From Anolis carolinensis (lineage: Eukaryota), in contig NC_085843.1 in NCBI RefSeq assembly GCF_035594765.1, forward strand, positions 51,010,201 to 51,074,200: DNA of 64,000 bases, written 5' to 3'. Below, one piece after another: positions 1-13,346 of the stretch. The position numbers were made by a program, and so were the translations under genes. Below the pieces are notes generated by a model. That model saw only the letters and a list, made by a program, of their open reading frames with translations. It searched no databases and was not told where the DNA came from. The number at the start of each line of letters is the position of its first letter. The first letter of the stretch is position 1.

Positions 1-699
1 AGCATGGGCCGCAAGTGGCAAGTAAACGTTTTAATAATAGAATAGCCTGGACCTTGAGGTAAATTATGCATAATTATTCATAACTGCTGTTTTTGGCTAG
101 TCTGTAGTTGTCCTAGACTTCTGCCGGAGGAAACAATTTGCAATAATTAGTGCACTAGTGTGCTGACAATGATGAATGAATCAAACTTGTCTGATGCCAA
201 ACATGGAGTTTGATAAAACCAATGTGTTAGAGAGGCCACACTTATTGGACTTCTGAGTTCCTCATTTAGAATATGTTACTTTGCATGTGTGTGTATATAG
301 ATTTATGTGTTTGTGTTTGTATCTATATGGATACATCAACACACACATTTGTGTATATACATGTATGCATCAGAACAGTATGAATTTCAGAACCTTAAGA
401 AGCCTGAATTGCATACAAATTCTACACAAATTGTGTCTGGTGCAGAGTAAACTAGCATTACTCTGGGGCATTCTATAAAAAATGCATAAAGTAGAAATGA
501 CTGACAGTGATTTTTATCACAAAGAAAGAACGTGTTGAGGATGTGAGCGAACTCTATTGCTTTGGTAACCTTTTGGAAAGCCAAATGTTTCATCTAAGTT
601 GGGGGCAAATACAAAGTCAATAAACAGATTCTTTCTTGCATGCAATAGGATTGGCACTCTGTGCCTACCATTATATGATGTTAGTAATTCATAGAAATT

Positions 700-1320
700 C
701 CTGGGATATAGAAGTCTTAATAGACCACAAACTAATCATTAACTGACAGTGTGATGCAGCAGCTAAAAAGCCAATGAGATAATAATTGGAATATAGTGTC
801 TAGACTGAGGAAACAAATAGTACCATTCTATTTTGCATTGAGCAGACATCATCTATAATAGTGTGTCCAGTACAAGAAGGATATTGGCAAACTGGAACAT
901 GTCCAGAGGAGAATAACCAAAATGGTAAAAGGTCTGGAAGCTAAGCATCATGAAAAACAGCATAGGGAGCTGGATATGTTTTGCCTGGCCATGAGAAGTT
1001 TGAAAGGTGATGATACCCATATTTAAAGGATGTGTCATATTGAAGATGGAGAAAGTTTTATTTTCCTGTTCTAGAGACTATGACATAAAGCAGTGCATTC
1101 AAACTCCAGGAAAAGAGATTCCACCTAAACATTAGGAAGAACTTCCTGATCCTAAGAGCTGTTCAGTAGTGGAGTATGCTGCATCAGAATGTTGATGGGA
1201 GTTTCCTTATATGGAGTATTTTAAACAGAGGATAGATGGCCATCTGACTGGAATGCTTTGATTGTTTGTTCCTGCACGGACTGGATGGGTTTTGTGGTCT
1301 CTTCTGACTCAACGTTTCTA
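700..1320 (+). mobile_element. Degenerate CR1 LINE 3' fragment
   Basis: Decayed similarity to the CR1 ORF2 C-terminus and 3' UTR (cagtgtgatgcagcagc...agattccacctaaacattaggaagaacttcct), matching the better CR1 copies at 39930 and 61320; ends approximate. Confidence 0.75.
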
Positions 1321-4300
1321 TAAATCCATCTGTAAAGTCTTGAAAAGCCAACACTTTTTCTTTTTAGCTTTCTGTTTGGAAAGCAGACAAATATTCCTGT
1401 CTTTTGTTTGGGCTCAGTTTATTCACGTTTCTTTATAGTAAAGCCATGCCACTTAAAGGTGTGATGTATGCATATGCTTCAATAGCATATATATGAGTTG
1501 AAGAGTGAAGATGGAAGTAGCTTGAGTTCTTTGTTCATTCTCAATAAAATACACTCTTGTAAATGTAGTGAAACGAACACAGCTCTGCAACACCCCCATC
1601 TCCCAAATTGGTAGAAACAGCCTCAGGTCACTAAGGTCAGTAACTCTGGTGTAGAGTAAAAACCCTCCAGTTAACACATAGCCAGGTGTTTTGTTCCAAA
1701 TATCCTTTGATGTTTTAATTATAACATTCACTGCACACATTCTTTATAGATGTCCATTCTAGGCATCTGTAAGACAAACATGGTATTTTGTGTTGATTAT
1801 TTATAAGGTCACTTCCTGGTGGTGAAGATGAAAAGCACACAAGCAATGTCAAATGCCTGTTGTCTTGACCAATATATTTTCCTAGGTAGATCGCCAGCAG
1901 CTTTGATTTCATTGTGTCACAACATAAATGCAGACATCAGTGGAAACAGAAGCAACTGTCAAAAATGATCAAGTACTACTAATCAGAATTAATGATGGGG
2001 TCTGAGTGTCAAAAGTAATGAGTAATGCTGGGCAAGCTAGGAAGAAGGGTGGTTTCTCTTTTCAAATGTTATAATAATGCTACACTAATTGGTGCTTAGT
2101 TCTTAAGGAATGTTTGTACCCAATCAATGATACCAAAGGGAAGCTGGCTGTAGAGCATGTGAACTGTCTTGTGGCTGTCAAGCCTTTTGTTTTATGGGTT
2201 GGGAAAACAGATGAAGGAAAGGGAAAATGCACTCTATGATTCTGCAAAGGGAAAACACTAACATATATCAAATGTTGAATTAAAACATACAGTAAAGTCA
2301 GCAGACCATCATGGATGTAAACAGTCTAGTAACAAAGAGATAATCAATTGAAAGATGAATCTGAATCTAACCAGCATTTCACTGGAGTGGAAAGTACTAT
2401 AATTATTTCATTCCACAGAGAGGGAGGAAGGGAGAGGGAGAGAGAGGGGGGGGAGGGAGACGGAGACGGAGACTGTTTTTCTTTCACATGGTCACATACT
2501 GGTGACAATCCAGCCATTTGGAACCACATTTTTTTTCTGAAAAGAGCATGAACCTATATTTCTTGAAGAATATTTCTTGAATATGCAGGCTCAAATGTCA
2601 TTGATGCTATGACCAATTCCAAGTGTGCACTCACAACAAGAATATTTTGCTTTACAATTACAAAATGACTGTACCGTCCCTATAAAAACTCTTTGGAGAA
2701 TTGAAGGTGCTGTATTCTCATTCTCCATGAGCTTTTATTTAATTTTCATAATGCGTAATATGACTAGCTGCACTACATAAAATGAAATTTGATTGACAGC
2801 TCTTCATCAGGACTGCTGGCCAACAGACAGACTATTGTTACTATCTGTATCTGATACCCACAAGACAAGGCAGACAGTTGTTGCAACAACTTAAGATGGT
2901 GAACTCAAGACCATCATTCTTCAGTCTAGCCCTAACAATGTCTGTTCTGCATTTACAGGCCCAATATCTAATCTACAGATGACACTTCTTCCAGTGTTAG
3001 TCTGATGGCACTATTAAAATGTCTTGTAGTCAACTCTTAATAGCCTGTTGGAACAGACATGGTCACTTGCTGGCAGAAGGACAGAATGGAAAACATCATA
3101 GCACTGACAGGGAGCAAGTTACAAGGTTTGGGAAGGCTTTCTTCTTTGTTCCCATCAAGCATTCCTGAAATGGATCCAAGGATTTAAAAAATCTAGGTTT
3201 TTCTGATAGCTTGGACCCAAGGTCATACCTTCTAGTTGTATTAATAACTTCTAGTTGTATCCAGATATAAACTTGGAATTATTTGATCTGTGGCAAGAAG
3301 AGAGTTGTATGCTTTAGGCTAGGAAAGGAAATTATGCAACCTTTCTAATGTTGTTGGAATGCAGCTCCCATTAACCTCAGACTACGCTGCAGGGATAGTC
3401 AATTGTAAGGATTGATGGCAGCTCCAATCCAACGACATTAGGAAGGCAAGACTCCCAGTCCAGACTTTTGATGGCCTGTCAACCTGCATTGAAAAGCCAA
3501 TCAAGGCTCATTGAAACATTGAAACTGGCTTTGCGCTGAAAAGTTGCAATACATCTTTCATTCATTTGCAGCATAGAACTTCAGTACAGCTGAAACTGGA
3601 ATTGTTCAACTATCCTCTTATCTCGTTGACAGTTGGAGCCACAGGTTGTTCAGTGCCAGGTGGGGACTGCAGGTCATTTGTACACAAACAATATCCATGC
3701 TGTGAAGAAGAGATGTGTGTTAGAGAGTGATACATCTGTGTTCAAGACCTGACACTGTGTTTTGCCCTTCCCATGGGTTGCACTAATGTTATAGAGACAA
3801 AAGGTGGATCATGTGTCCTTAATGAATAAATCAAATAATAGTTTATGCTCTGATACAAACAGGCATTTGTAGTGACCAGGCAACATATTATTATAGGGGC
3901 TAAAGCAAAAGGAGATAGTGGCATGGGTTTGTCTATCCATTATTCCTGGGTGGAATGATGGCAGTGAGGCAAAAGGAAGTCTCTCCTGCTGCTTTGTTAT
4001 TGATACAATCCCCCTATCATTCTCCTCCCACCCATCATTCCCTGGTTAAACTCCCAAGTCCATTTGCAATCAATGGTGTGGCTTAACTGCTAGCTTGAAG
4101 GTTATTAGCATCTTGTTATAAATGTTAATGGCCACAATGATGTGTAGGGTGGCTCTTTGTTTTCGTGCACATCATGACTAAATGGAAAAATCTGTCTATT
4201 CAGCTGGTAGCCCTCTTCTGTATTCAGCTGTCAGGGGCCTATTGTGGAACTAAACACTATCAGACATCCTTCCTTGCTTAATGGCAGCAGCTTGTCATTG

Positions 4301-6264
4301 AAGGCTGGGAAGTGGGAGGGTAAGGATGCTGGCACCAGCCACCAGGTGGTGGCCAACTGGCCATCAACTCACACACTGCTGAACTTAACACAAGTTGCAC
4401 TGAGGCTGGCTACAAAAGGCACACATGTGTCCCCTCTAAGCTTCATTAACTCCTTTGGAAGAGCCGAGTACCTTTCTGACATATTAATTAGTTGCTGGGT
4501 TTTTTTTACTCCCAGTTTAACCTTTATGGTGGTCACTTCATTCAAATTACTAGTAATTGCAAGGCTGTGAAAAGTCCTGTTTATGCAAAGCACCAGGAGA
4601 GCTTTCCCAGTTGAAATGAGGAGGTAGCTGTTCTGTATCATTTTATTGCCGATGTTCACAAAAGAGGGCTGATGGACAGGCAGAAAGAAACAAAGAAGAG
4701 AAAAGAGGATGGTATGAGTATAATGGTGTCATTTGAAAAGCCAGTTTGGTTAAACATGCAGCCATAAAAAAGCTGGGCTTTTTCATGAAAACCATGGGAA
4801 CTACAGCACTTTTTTAACTTTAAAAGTTTTTTTTAACAAGATGTCATTACAGAAAAGTACACATTTCCCTTCATAACTCCATTATACTCAGCATGTACTT
4901 TAAATCCCACCATATAAATATCTCAGTCAACAGAACAGCTACCTGAAAAAAGTGGTGCTTGAACACGTCAAAGAACCCTTTTGTCACCCACTTCCTCCTG
5001 CAGTTTAAAGCTGCTTAAACAAGTTTTCAAATTGTTTGGGTACTGCAGTGGGAAGGAGAGATTGCTCTTCTCCAAACTTGGGCTGGATTCCACTGATGGA
5101 TGAGTTTTTATCCAGTGCTGAATACTGTAGTGGCTGAAAGATGGCATCACTTTACCCAGTCAAACAAATGTAGAATAGCAAAAGACTTGAATGCACGGAT
5201 CCACATCAGAGATTAAAAAGTACTTTTTAAATGAATCACAACTCTTACTTTGAAACAATTTAGCATTAAAGTTATGGAAAGAGTTAATTCCCTGCCTTGC
5301 ATCTTTTCAAAAATGGCTACAATGTTCCACACATATTTTACATTAAGAAATTCAATATCCACTTTTGGAATAGGGTGGGAGGGCCTCTTACTGTTTTTTA
5401 AATTGAAGACAATCAGTATACTCCAAGAGTGCTGTTTTATTTATTAATGAAATATGTAAACCTACATAAGACATTTGAACATTGTGAGGCATGTAATTTA
5501 AAGAAATGAACATCAAAGCAGAAGAGACTCAGGAAAAGCTTGGAGATTCTCACTTTACATTTTGTTCTACAGCAGGATTGTAATCTTATTATTGTTTTTG
5601 TAAAACTCAGAGCCAGCCGATGTGTTGTGGCTTCCAACTTTTTAAAGGAGACACATGCATAATGCTATGCAGGCATGCCCTTCACGCTTGACAGGACAGA
5701 CATGCATATTGTACTTGTGCATGCATTCTGAGTACAGCTAGAATCATCCATTAATAGTAGTGTGTTTAGTGCTTCAAATCAAGAATGACATGAAACCATG
5801 TGATCTCAAATGAATAACACTGGTTATTTGGGGGTATTTTTGTCCTGCTTTTTGAGAGTACATAGTGTTGTAATTATAAGTCAATTGAATATAAAGGTAA
5901 AATAAAACTGAGTGGCTGGTGGTTCTTATGCTAGAAAGGAAAATAATCTGTTCTATATTTTACTCTGCATTTGAAAGAAGCTACCCAGTGTGCTGAGCCC
6001 AACCCCTAAAATAACTTCAAATAATTTGGAGAACTTATTTATAAACTTATTTATTGGTCAGACTAAAATCCAGAACAGATTCAGCATCCTACTCACATGG
6101 AAGTCACCTCTGCTGACTTTACTATCCCACAGCTGCATCTTAGCCTAAGGTTGTTAAGCTTCTTGGAAGTTCAGGTTGGGTGGAAACTACTGTGGTGTAT
6201 TGGCATCGTATTCTGCCAGATCTGTAAGCCGCCCTGAATCCCCTCGGGTGGGATAGAAATGATG

Positions 6265-6266
<2 letters not shown>

Positions 6267-6311
<45 letters not shown>
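6267..6311. repeat. (AT)n microsatellite after a short L2-like 3' end (tgtaagccgccctgaatccc)
   Basis: Seen directly. Confidence 0.9.
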
Positions 6312-6313
<2 letters not shown>

Positions 6314-6964
6314 ATTATTCCAGGTTTTGACAATGTTTACAATGTGAGCAACATGGAACAATACTGAATTACAGATTCCATATTCTTCCCCAATTAGCAA
6401 GCAATACTTGGTTGGTCTGATGGGTGTTCAGTTCAGTGTCCTTTGCCTAGCCCTATCTTATGGGTATAAATGGTTAATGTAATATATTTTGTTTGACCAT
6501 CCTATCTTAGGGAACACAATGTTACAGTGCTTTGTGCAGAGTGGTGAATTCAATAGTCATTGTTAACTTCTTTGTTTTGTGTACCCCCTTCAATGAATTC
6601 AAATTCATACCCAAAGTCTGGCATCTTATTTTTCTATAGGCTTTTTTCTTTCCTGTGAACTATTTTTTTCTTTGATTGTTTATATGGTGATAACCCATCA
6701 AAGAAGTTGCCAACCAAACAATGCTTAATTAACATGACAGCTGGACTGACTTGTTCCCATCCCACCCCATCCTTAATTCTGACAAACAGACAGTTACTGT
6801 GCTCTCATTGTGTATCTCCCACCCTGTAAAATCTTATATATATCCCTCATGTGTTACCTAACAAAGAAAGTGGTGATGGATGACCAAACAGGACACATCA
6901 ATAAATGAGAAATCCCAGTGGAGCTGTTTTAGTTAGAGTTCTGCATAAACAAGTATCCATTTAA

Positions 6965-6991
6965 TACACACACACACACACACACACACAC
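6965..6991. repeat. (CA)n microsatellite
   Basis: Seen directly. Confidence 0.9.
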
Positions 6992-7696
6992 TTTAGTGTT
7001 CTTAGCAATCTTCCTAGTCTATGACCCTGACAGTATCCATGATGGCACCACCAGATCCTATTAGCCACCTAAGAAGTGTCATTTCATCAGTTCCTGACAC
7101 TGTTGGGTCACAACAATCCTAAATTTTAGTAAGGTTGGAGTTGGAATTGGATTGCTGGTGCGGATCCCACTGAAAGAAGAGTTACATTTTGAGCTAGGAT
7201 TCACTGGATGTTGTAGTTAACTTTTCTAAGCTCTAGGAAAGATATTTCATACCAAGGAGGACTGTGACAAAGTGGCAGAGGAAGGTCATTCTGGAAGAAC
7301 AATCAATCATGGATTACGTTCACAGTTGGAGAGTCACATTCAGATGTCTGAGCTAGATGATAGGATTTCCAAACTGTTGGCTTGGCCAGATTTCAAATAG
7401 TTTTTAGGTTTGCCATCTGGTGCCTGTTTGTACCATCATCTGCCCCAGATTCCAAGATTTCTTCTCTTCCACCTTAAAAAAAAAACCAAGCCTCTGCCAT
7501 AGTATAGTTGTGGGGCAAAGCGTGCAATTATGTTTCTTTCCAATTTCCAGTTATGTTTCTTTCCAGTAGTTTTGTGAGAACTGTACTTTGCACTTAGCTG
7601 GTGAGTGAGGTCTCACATCTAGCACTATCAATAACAATAGAAAGTGCATTAGTCCAAACATGACTTGCATATAACCCAGGAAGCAAGGGAGCTGAG

Positions 7697-8081
7697 CAGG
7701 ACCGGCCCCACCATGGAGGCCACGTGACGCCGCCGCCTCGGGCGCAGGTCCCGGGGGGCGCCGTCAGGCTGGGCGGGAGGCGGGGCACCGCTCTGACGGT
7801 GCCCCGCCGCCCGACCAGTGCGCCCTGACCTTGTGGCCTGGCTGGCCTTGCCCAGGCTCCCTCTTTCGCCGCCCGGTAAGGGGAGGAGGGATCCCATCCT
7901 CCCCTCCCCGGGCGGGGAAGGCTCCCTCTTTCCAACCCTGGCCCCGCCTCCCACGCTGCGTGGGAGGCGGGGCCAGGGCGAATAGCATGGGAGGCGGGGC
8001 CAGGGCGCAGGAGGCGGGGCCGGCGGGGGGCGCTTTTCAGCACCCCCGCTTAATATTTAAATTTATCTCCGGCCGGCCCTG
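7697..8081. mobile_element. GC-rich non-autonomous hAT element (MITE)
   Basis: TIRs caggaccggcc / ggccggccctg; perfect 8-bp TSD GAGCTGAG at 7689-7696 and 8082-8089. Confidence 0.85.
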
Positions 8082-8525
8082 GAGCTGAGGCATGGCAACA
8101 GTGTGGCGTGAGGCAAGGGAGGTGAAAAGAGGAAAGTTATAATGAGAGATTATCCCGGCCAGGGAAGTTGCTGTGGTGGTGCTCTTTTCCACCCACCGTC
8201 TTCTACAGGGCTCCTTCTTCCCAGGGAGCCCTGCGCTGTGTGCTCACGGTGAGTATTGGGATGACCAGTCAATCAGGGGCAGGTTCCTCCCTGCACTCTG
8301 CTTGGCTGCTGCAGGTTGACCAGAGGTCTGCCTGCTGCACATATAAGAAGGCATCTAGGCTCTCCCAGCTCAGTTGCCTTCAAAGCTATCCCCATCTTCC
8401 TGCCCTCTAATTTGTTAACTTTGTTGATATAGTGTGTGGTTGCTTCTTTCTTTGTATCTTCATGTTAATTTGAGGACAGTTGGCATGGGCCCTGGATCCG
8501 ATATATGCATCACCCCCATGTCCTT

Positions 8526-8526
<1 letters not shown>

Positions 8527-8559
<33 letters not shown>
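8527..8559. repeat. (GT)n microsatellite
   Basis: Seen directly. Confidence 0.9.
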
Positions 8560-8560
<1 letters not shown>

Positions 8561-11402
8561 TGGTCTGCAATGTGGCTGCTAGCGGGTGTGGTGATGCCAG
8601 TGTCCTAGGGCAGAAAGAACTGAAATCTGCACTGTGCCTCCTGTTGTCTTCCTTGGTGCATCAGTCAGTAGGAGGCTGTCCGATACCTTGACCCATGTGT
8701 GGCTGCCAACCCTGTTTTTATTTGTAACTAATAAGCAGGTTATGGCCTTTGGTTATCCCAACAGCATGTGTGAGACTGTTTCTTACAGTCGGTGTGTGTG
8801 TGTGTGTGGGGGGTCGCTATTGCCCACACAATTGTAGGGGGTTACAAGGAGGAAGACAGGTATAAGATGATGAAGTGTGCAGGAGCGTTGAACCAAGGTA
8901 AAGTAATGAGGGAAGAAAGGGTAGGAAATGGAAGAAAAAAGGGAGGAAGCATGGTGATGGTGCAAACTGAGACAAGGAGGACAAAGGCACAGCTGTGGAG
9001 TGAGAAATTATAAAGGCAAGAGAAGAAGGGAGGGATGCAGTTAGAGTCTGCAAAGAACAAGATAAGTACAAGGTGAAAAAATACAATGGAAGGAGGTGTG
9101 CTTTATAAGTTGACCCCTGTTTTCCTCTGCATTTTCACTTGGGTCTCAGATGAATCTACCTTTTTTGCCATTGGTGAGAAAACTGACAACTATATAAGAA
9201 GAGGGTGGAGTAGCACTAGAAATGTCTGTGCATGATGATTTTTTTTACCACATTAGACATATGTATGGGTACTTTACCCAGTTCCTGTCCAGCTATTAAT
9301 CTCCACAACAATGCCATAAGCTCTATTTGCTGAAAGGGAGTGTTAGCTCAAGGTCATTCAGTTACTAAACAAGAATTTGAAATTGTATTTTTCTGGTCTA
9401 GGTTCAGTACTACGAATATTGCTCTATAAGTTCCTTCAGAAATATTATTTTTAAAAAATGGTATTAGGAATGAAATATACTAATGGAAAATACACTTAAT
9501 ATGTCATGATCAGCTTAGATAGTGAGGATGAGGAGTTGCTAAGGGCCAGCAGAAGAGATGGAGGTTAGCAGCTCACAGCAGTCTACTGAGCCTAACTCAG
9601 AAGCAAAAAACAAAAACAAAAACAAAAAAAACAAAAAACAACTCCTCAGCAGCTGATATCTGAAGATAAAAAACCCTGAGTGTTGTGACTCTTTTGCATC
9701 TGACAACATTGTTATCTAGCTTGAGTCCAGTGCCTGTTTGCTCTCTTCTTGGGACCTGACTCTGCTGCTTCTCAGTTTACCACTCAAGGATTTCTGGCTT
9801 CAACTTCTGGTAATCTGATTTCTGGCTTTGGCATCTTTGTTTGAAGTGTGCATTTCTGACTCTGGACTGGACTTTTGGATATTCCACTGCTTTCTTTTTT
9901 ATTTTTAAATTTACACATTCATAAAAAAAAACACAATACAAATCTATACAATCTATACACAACTTTTATTTTATTTTTAAAGATACTCTACTGCTTTCTA
10001 AAGACTCTTGTAATTGACATTTCTGACCATGGACTGTTGACCTTGAAAATTTCAGTGAGTTGGTTTTGGATTTTGTTTCTACATTGTGTCTCTGACATGA
10101 TGGTGCCCCTAAGTAATAATATGGCTGTCAGTTGTCAATAATAACCATTGTGTGATAAAAAAAGAATAACCCTGAAATGCCTTTTTAAAGTTATGAATCC
10201 ATAGAGATGAAATAAAAAGAAGTGGGAAACAAGTACCTCATGAAAAACAAAACCCAGAGTTTTTTCATGTAGAAAAATACATTGTGTAGAAGATGCTGGA
10301 TTCTACACAAAAAAAACCTATTTGCATTGTTTTGTACAGGATATATCCCAAATTGCAGTCTGCAAACTGTGCAGTTTTGATTAATTTTTCATAGTGAGGA
10401 GAAAAAAACAAAACTAAAACTTCTCTTTCTTACCTATGAGAACAAAAAATATGAAGACTTACATCCTTAATTTAATCATCATAGATTAGCTGAATCTTGA
10501 ATGCTAAAGTGCTCTCTTGACCCAAGGAATGTAATTAAGTCTCCATTATACATTATCTGCTTGGATTCTTTCTAACTGTACTCTTCCACTTTACTCTTCT
10601 TTTTAATGATATATTTAGAATATCTATTGTTAGGCTAGGAAAGCCCTGCTGACTATTTTTCTTTAATAGCAGCTTCAAACTTTGCAAGTGAGGCAGCACA
10701 TCAGCTACATTTCTGCTTTATAAAAAGCTGGTTTGTTTTTGAGGAAATACATAACAAAATCAACTATTAGTCTGAACAATATTCATGGGTCAACAGAAGG
10801 AGACATCAGAACTGCATTGACAAAAAGGTTTACAATCAATCATCTTTTTAAAAAGATGACAGCTTTCTGAATCATCATGCCCAGTTGTTTGCTGGGGAAT
10901 TCAGGAAATCTGGATAATATGTAGTCCAAAAACCTTTCAGGCTTTGCTTATGTTATTGAAGTAAGAAGGATTTAGATATTTTATAACATACGTGTTGTCA
11001 CATGTGTTTTATTGATTTGTTCTCATGATTGTTACAATAATTGTCGTTTTAACTATCTGCATTTAATTTATATGTATTTGTATTTTTACTGTGTATTATA
11101 TGTCATTGTATGGCTGCCATTTATGTTGTAAGCTGCCCTGAGTTCCCAAGGGGAAATGGGATGGGGTATAAATAAAGTTGACTTGACATGATACCTAGAT
11201 AAAACTGGAAAATATATATTGTCTGCAGCTACTAGTAGTGTTAATGCAATAATCATATCATCTTAGTAAAGCCTCTGGATATTTTGCATCAAACAATAGT
11301 GTATCACCCCCTTCCCCAAGTCAATTCTGTCTTATGATGAATCCCATCATAAAGCTTTACTGGAAAGCTTTATTCAGAAGAAGTTGGCCACTGCTCACTT
11401 AT

Positions 11403-12317
11403 TGTGATGACTCATGGGCCATGTAGTCCCGTTCCTAGTGCTGTTGTGACAGATGAAGAGGAAAACTTGGGTTTTCCACCATTTCAGCCAGAAAAGGAAC
11501 TTTCCCAGCCAGAAATGGAGCCCTTGCACCTGCAGGAGGTTTGTCTTCCAGAAATCTGCCAAACAAGCCCTGAGTCAAAATCTCCCCCTTTTTCTCGCCG
11601 TAATTATTATCTCCAGCAAAAAGGAGTGCAGCAGGCTAATCGCAGGAGCTTGAGAATTGCAGCAAAGCATTCAGATGATTAAGCCTGCTTCCATGAGAAA
11701 TTTTAGGGAGTCATACATCTGGACACAGAGATTGACTTTCATTTCTGATTCCCCAGAGAAGTGTTCTCTGGTGGGAAAACGAGGCCTATTTAGGTTCCTT
11801 GCTCCCGAAGGAATCTTGCGGAGTCAATTCGTCAGCTACCGGAGCAGCGTGTGTGGACAGCTACTCCTGCTCTCAAGCCTTTGTTCCTGTTCCAAGCCTT
11901 CGTTCCCAGCCTTGTTTTCTCCCCGGATCTTGCCTTGTTTCCCGGACCTCGCCAAGTAATTACCACGGATCTTGTTCTTGCTCCTCGTTTCCTTGTTGCC
12001 TTGAATCAAGCTTTGTGTTCCAAGAATCAAGTTACTTTCTAGCCTTGCTCAAGTTCATGGACTAAAGGACCTTGTCATCTCCCCTCACTTTGCTTGGCAA
12101 AGTGAGTGTTTCGGTTATTGGATTACAACTTTGGACCTTAATATTTCATATTGGACATTGTTTCTTGGGACTAATTTTGACCTTTCCTGAAAGGTCTATT
12201 TCTGGACTATTTCATACACTTGCTTTTATTAACTTTATATATTCCTTCAATAAAGATATTAGATAGATTCTGGCCTCTGTGTATGGTTATTGGTGCTCTG
12301 CAGCCTGGGTTGTGACA
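11403..12317 (+). repeat. 5' LTR (915 bp)
   Basis: TGTGATG...GTGACA; direct repeat of 16792-17706; AATAAA at 12249-12254. Confidence 0.97.
11787..11827 (+). promoter_or_regulatory. LTR promoter: TATA-like box and predicted TSS/self-primer GCGGAGTCAA (11818-11827)
   Basis: TATTTA lies 31 nt upstream of the motif; the related solo LTR has TATATA 30 nt upstream of the same motif. Confidence 0.65.
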
Positions 12318-12319
12318 GT

Positions 12320-12329
12320 TTGACTCCGC
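12320..12329 (+). promoter_or_regulatory. Primer-binding site of the self-priming (Tf1/sushi) type
   Basis: TTGACTCCGC lies 2 nt after the 5' LTR and is the exact reverse complement of LTR 11818-11827; it has no TGG start of a tRNA PBS. Confidence 0.8.
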
Positions 12330-12359
12330 CGCCCTAAGCACCAATTAACCTAGGCCAGA

Positions 12360-13346
12360 ATGTCTACCGGAACCGTGCCGGGTGGCCAGCCACTCAGCTA
12401 CACCATCGACAAGGACGAAGTGGACCGCATCCGTGACAAGCTCAATGCGCAGGATGGGGAAATAAGGGGTTTGAAGGAGCGCGGAATCCGTCTCCCGGCC
12501 ATGGCGTTGCCAACCAAGTTTTCTGGAGAAGCTTCTAAGGTTCATGTTTTCCGTCGCCAATGCCAGGCTTATCTAGAGGCCCGTGCTGCCGAGTTTCCCC
12601 AAGAAGACATCAAGGTGGCGTGGATTTACAGTCTCCTAGACGGGCCAGCGGCCAACTGGGCGACGGCACTGTTCGACCAAGCCTCCCCACATCTAAGAAC
12701 AGCGCAACACTTCTTGGACCACCTTAAGGCGACTTGGGGGATCGAGGACAATTTGGAGGCAGCCGGCCACAAACTCCGGCGCCTCTCCCAAGGAGACAGA
12801 CCCTTGTCCCAGTACATAGCCGAGTTCCGAGTGCTGGCCCATAACACCGGCTGGAACGATGTAGCCCTCAGAGGACAATTTCGGGAGGGTCTCAACATTG
12901 AGATGCTGGAGGAAATCTCCAAGGTGGATCCTCCACACTCTCTTGAAGCACTCATTGATCAATGTTTACGAGCTGAAGTCATGCTTGCCAACAGAAAGCA
13001 ATGGATCCGAGGCCAGAGCGGTAGGGCTGGAGCGAAACCTCCCGCTCCCACCGGCGTCCAGCCGCGTCCTGTGCGGAGACCCCCGCCACCAGCCCCATAC
13101 CCCAGAGGAAGCGAGGAGGTGCCAATGCAGTTGGGCAACGTGTGTCCCAGACTAGATGCCGCCGAGCAGGCCCGCCGCCAACGCCTAAATCTCTGTTGGT
13201 ACTGCGGAAACGGGGGCCACTTTGCCAGAGAGTGTCCAGCCAAAGGGAAGCCCGCCGCTCGTCTGGCAGCGGCGTCCTCCACGGAGACGAAGACATCTGA
13301 GGCGGCTGGCGCGCAGCCGGCGGGGGAAGCCAGCGACCGGGCGTAG
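12360..13346 (+). CDS. gag: Gag (328 aa), PEG10/RTL-like capsid with CCHC zinc knuckle
   Basis: PTKFSGE and QGDRPLSQYIAEFR capsid motifs; CWYCGNGGHFAREC knuckle. Confidence 0.95.
   Translation: MSTGTVPGGQPLSYTIDKDEVDRIRDKLNAQDGEIRGLKERGIRLPAMALPTKFSGEASKVHVFRRQCQAYLEARAAEFPQEDIKVAWIYSLLDGPAANWATALFDQASPHLRTAQHFLDHLKATWGIEDNLEAAGHKLRRLSQGDRPLSQYIAEFRVLAHNTGWNDVALRGQFREGLNIEMLEEISKVDPPHSLEALIDQCLRAEVMLANRKQWIRGQSGRAGAKPPAPTGVQPRPVRRPPPPAPYPRGSEEVPMQLGNVCPRLDAAEQARRQRLNLCWYCGNGGHFARECPAKGKPAARLAAASSTETKTSEAAGAQPAGEASDRA

Noticed and set aside
7594-8088. Overlapping Pro/Gly/Arg-rich ORFs that look like a CpG-island first exon
   Set aside because: They sit largely within a TSD-flanked GC-rich MITE, where stop codons are rare by composition
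11657-12266. Several ORFs in the R/U5 part of the LTR (duplicated at 17046-17655)
   Set aside because: Low-complexity Leu/Ser/Cys translations of a pyrimidine-rich strand whose frames are not cleanly preserved in the solo LTR
13205-13211. C_GGA_AAC as the gag-pol slippery site
   Set aside because: The -1 frame hits TGA at 13298-13300, so a shift here cannot reach pol
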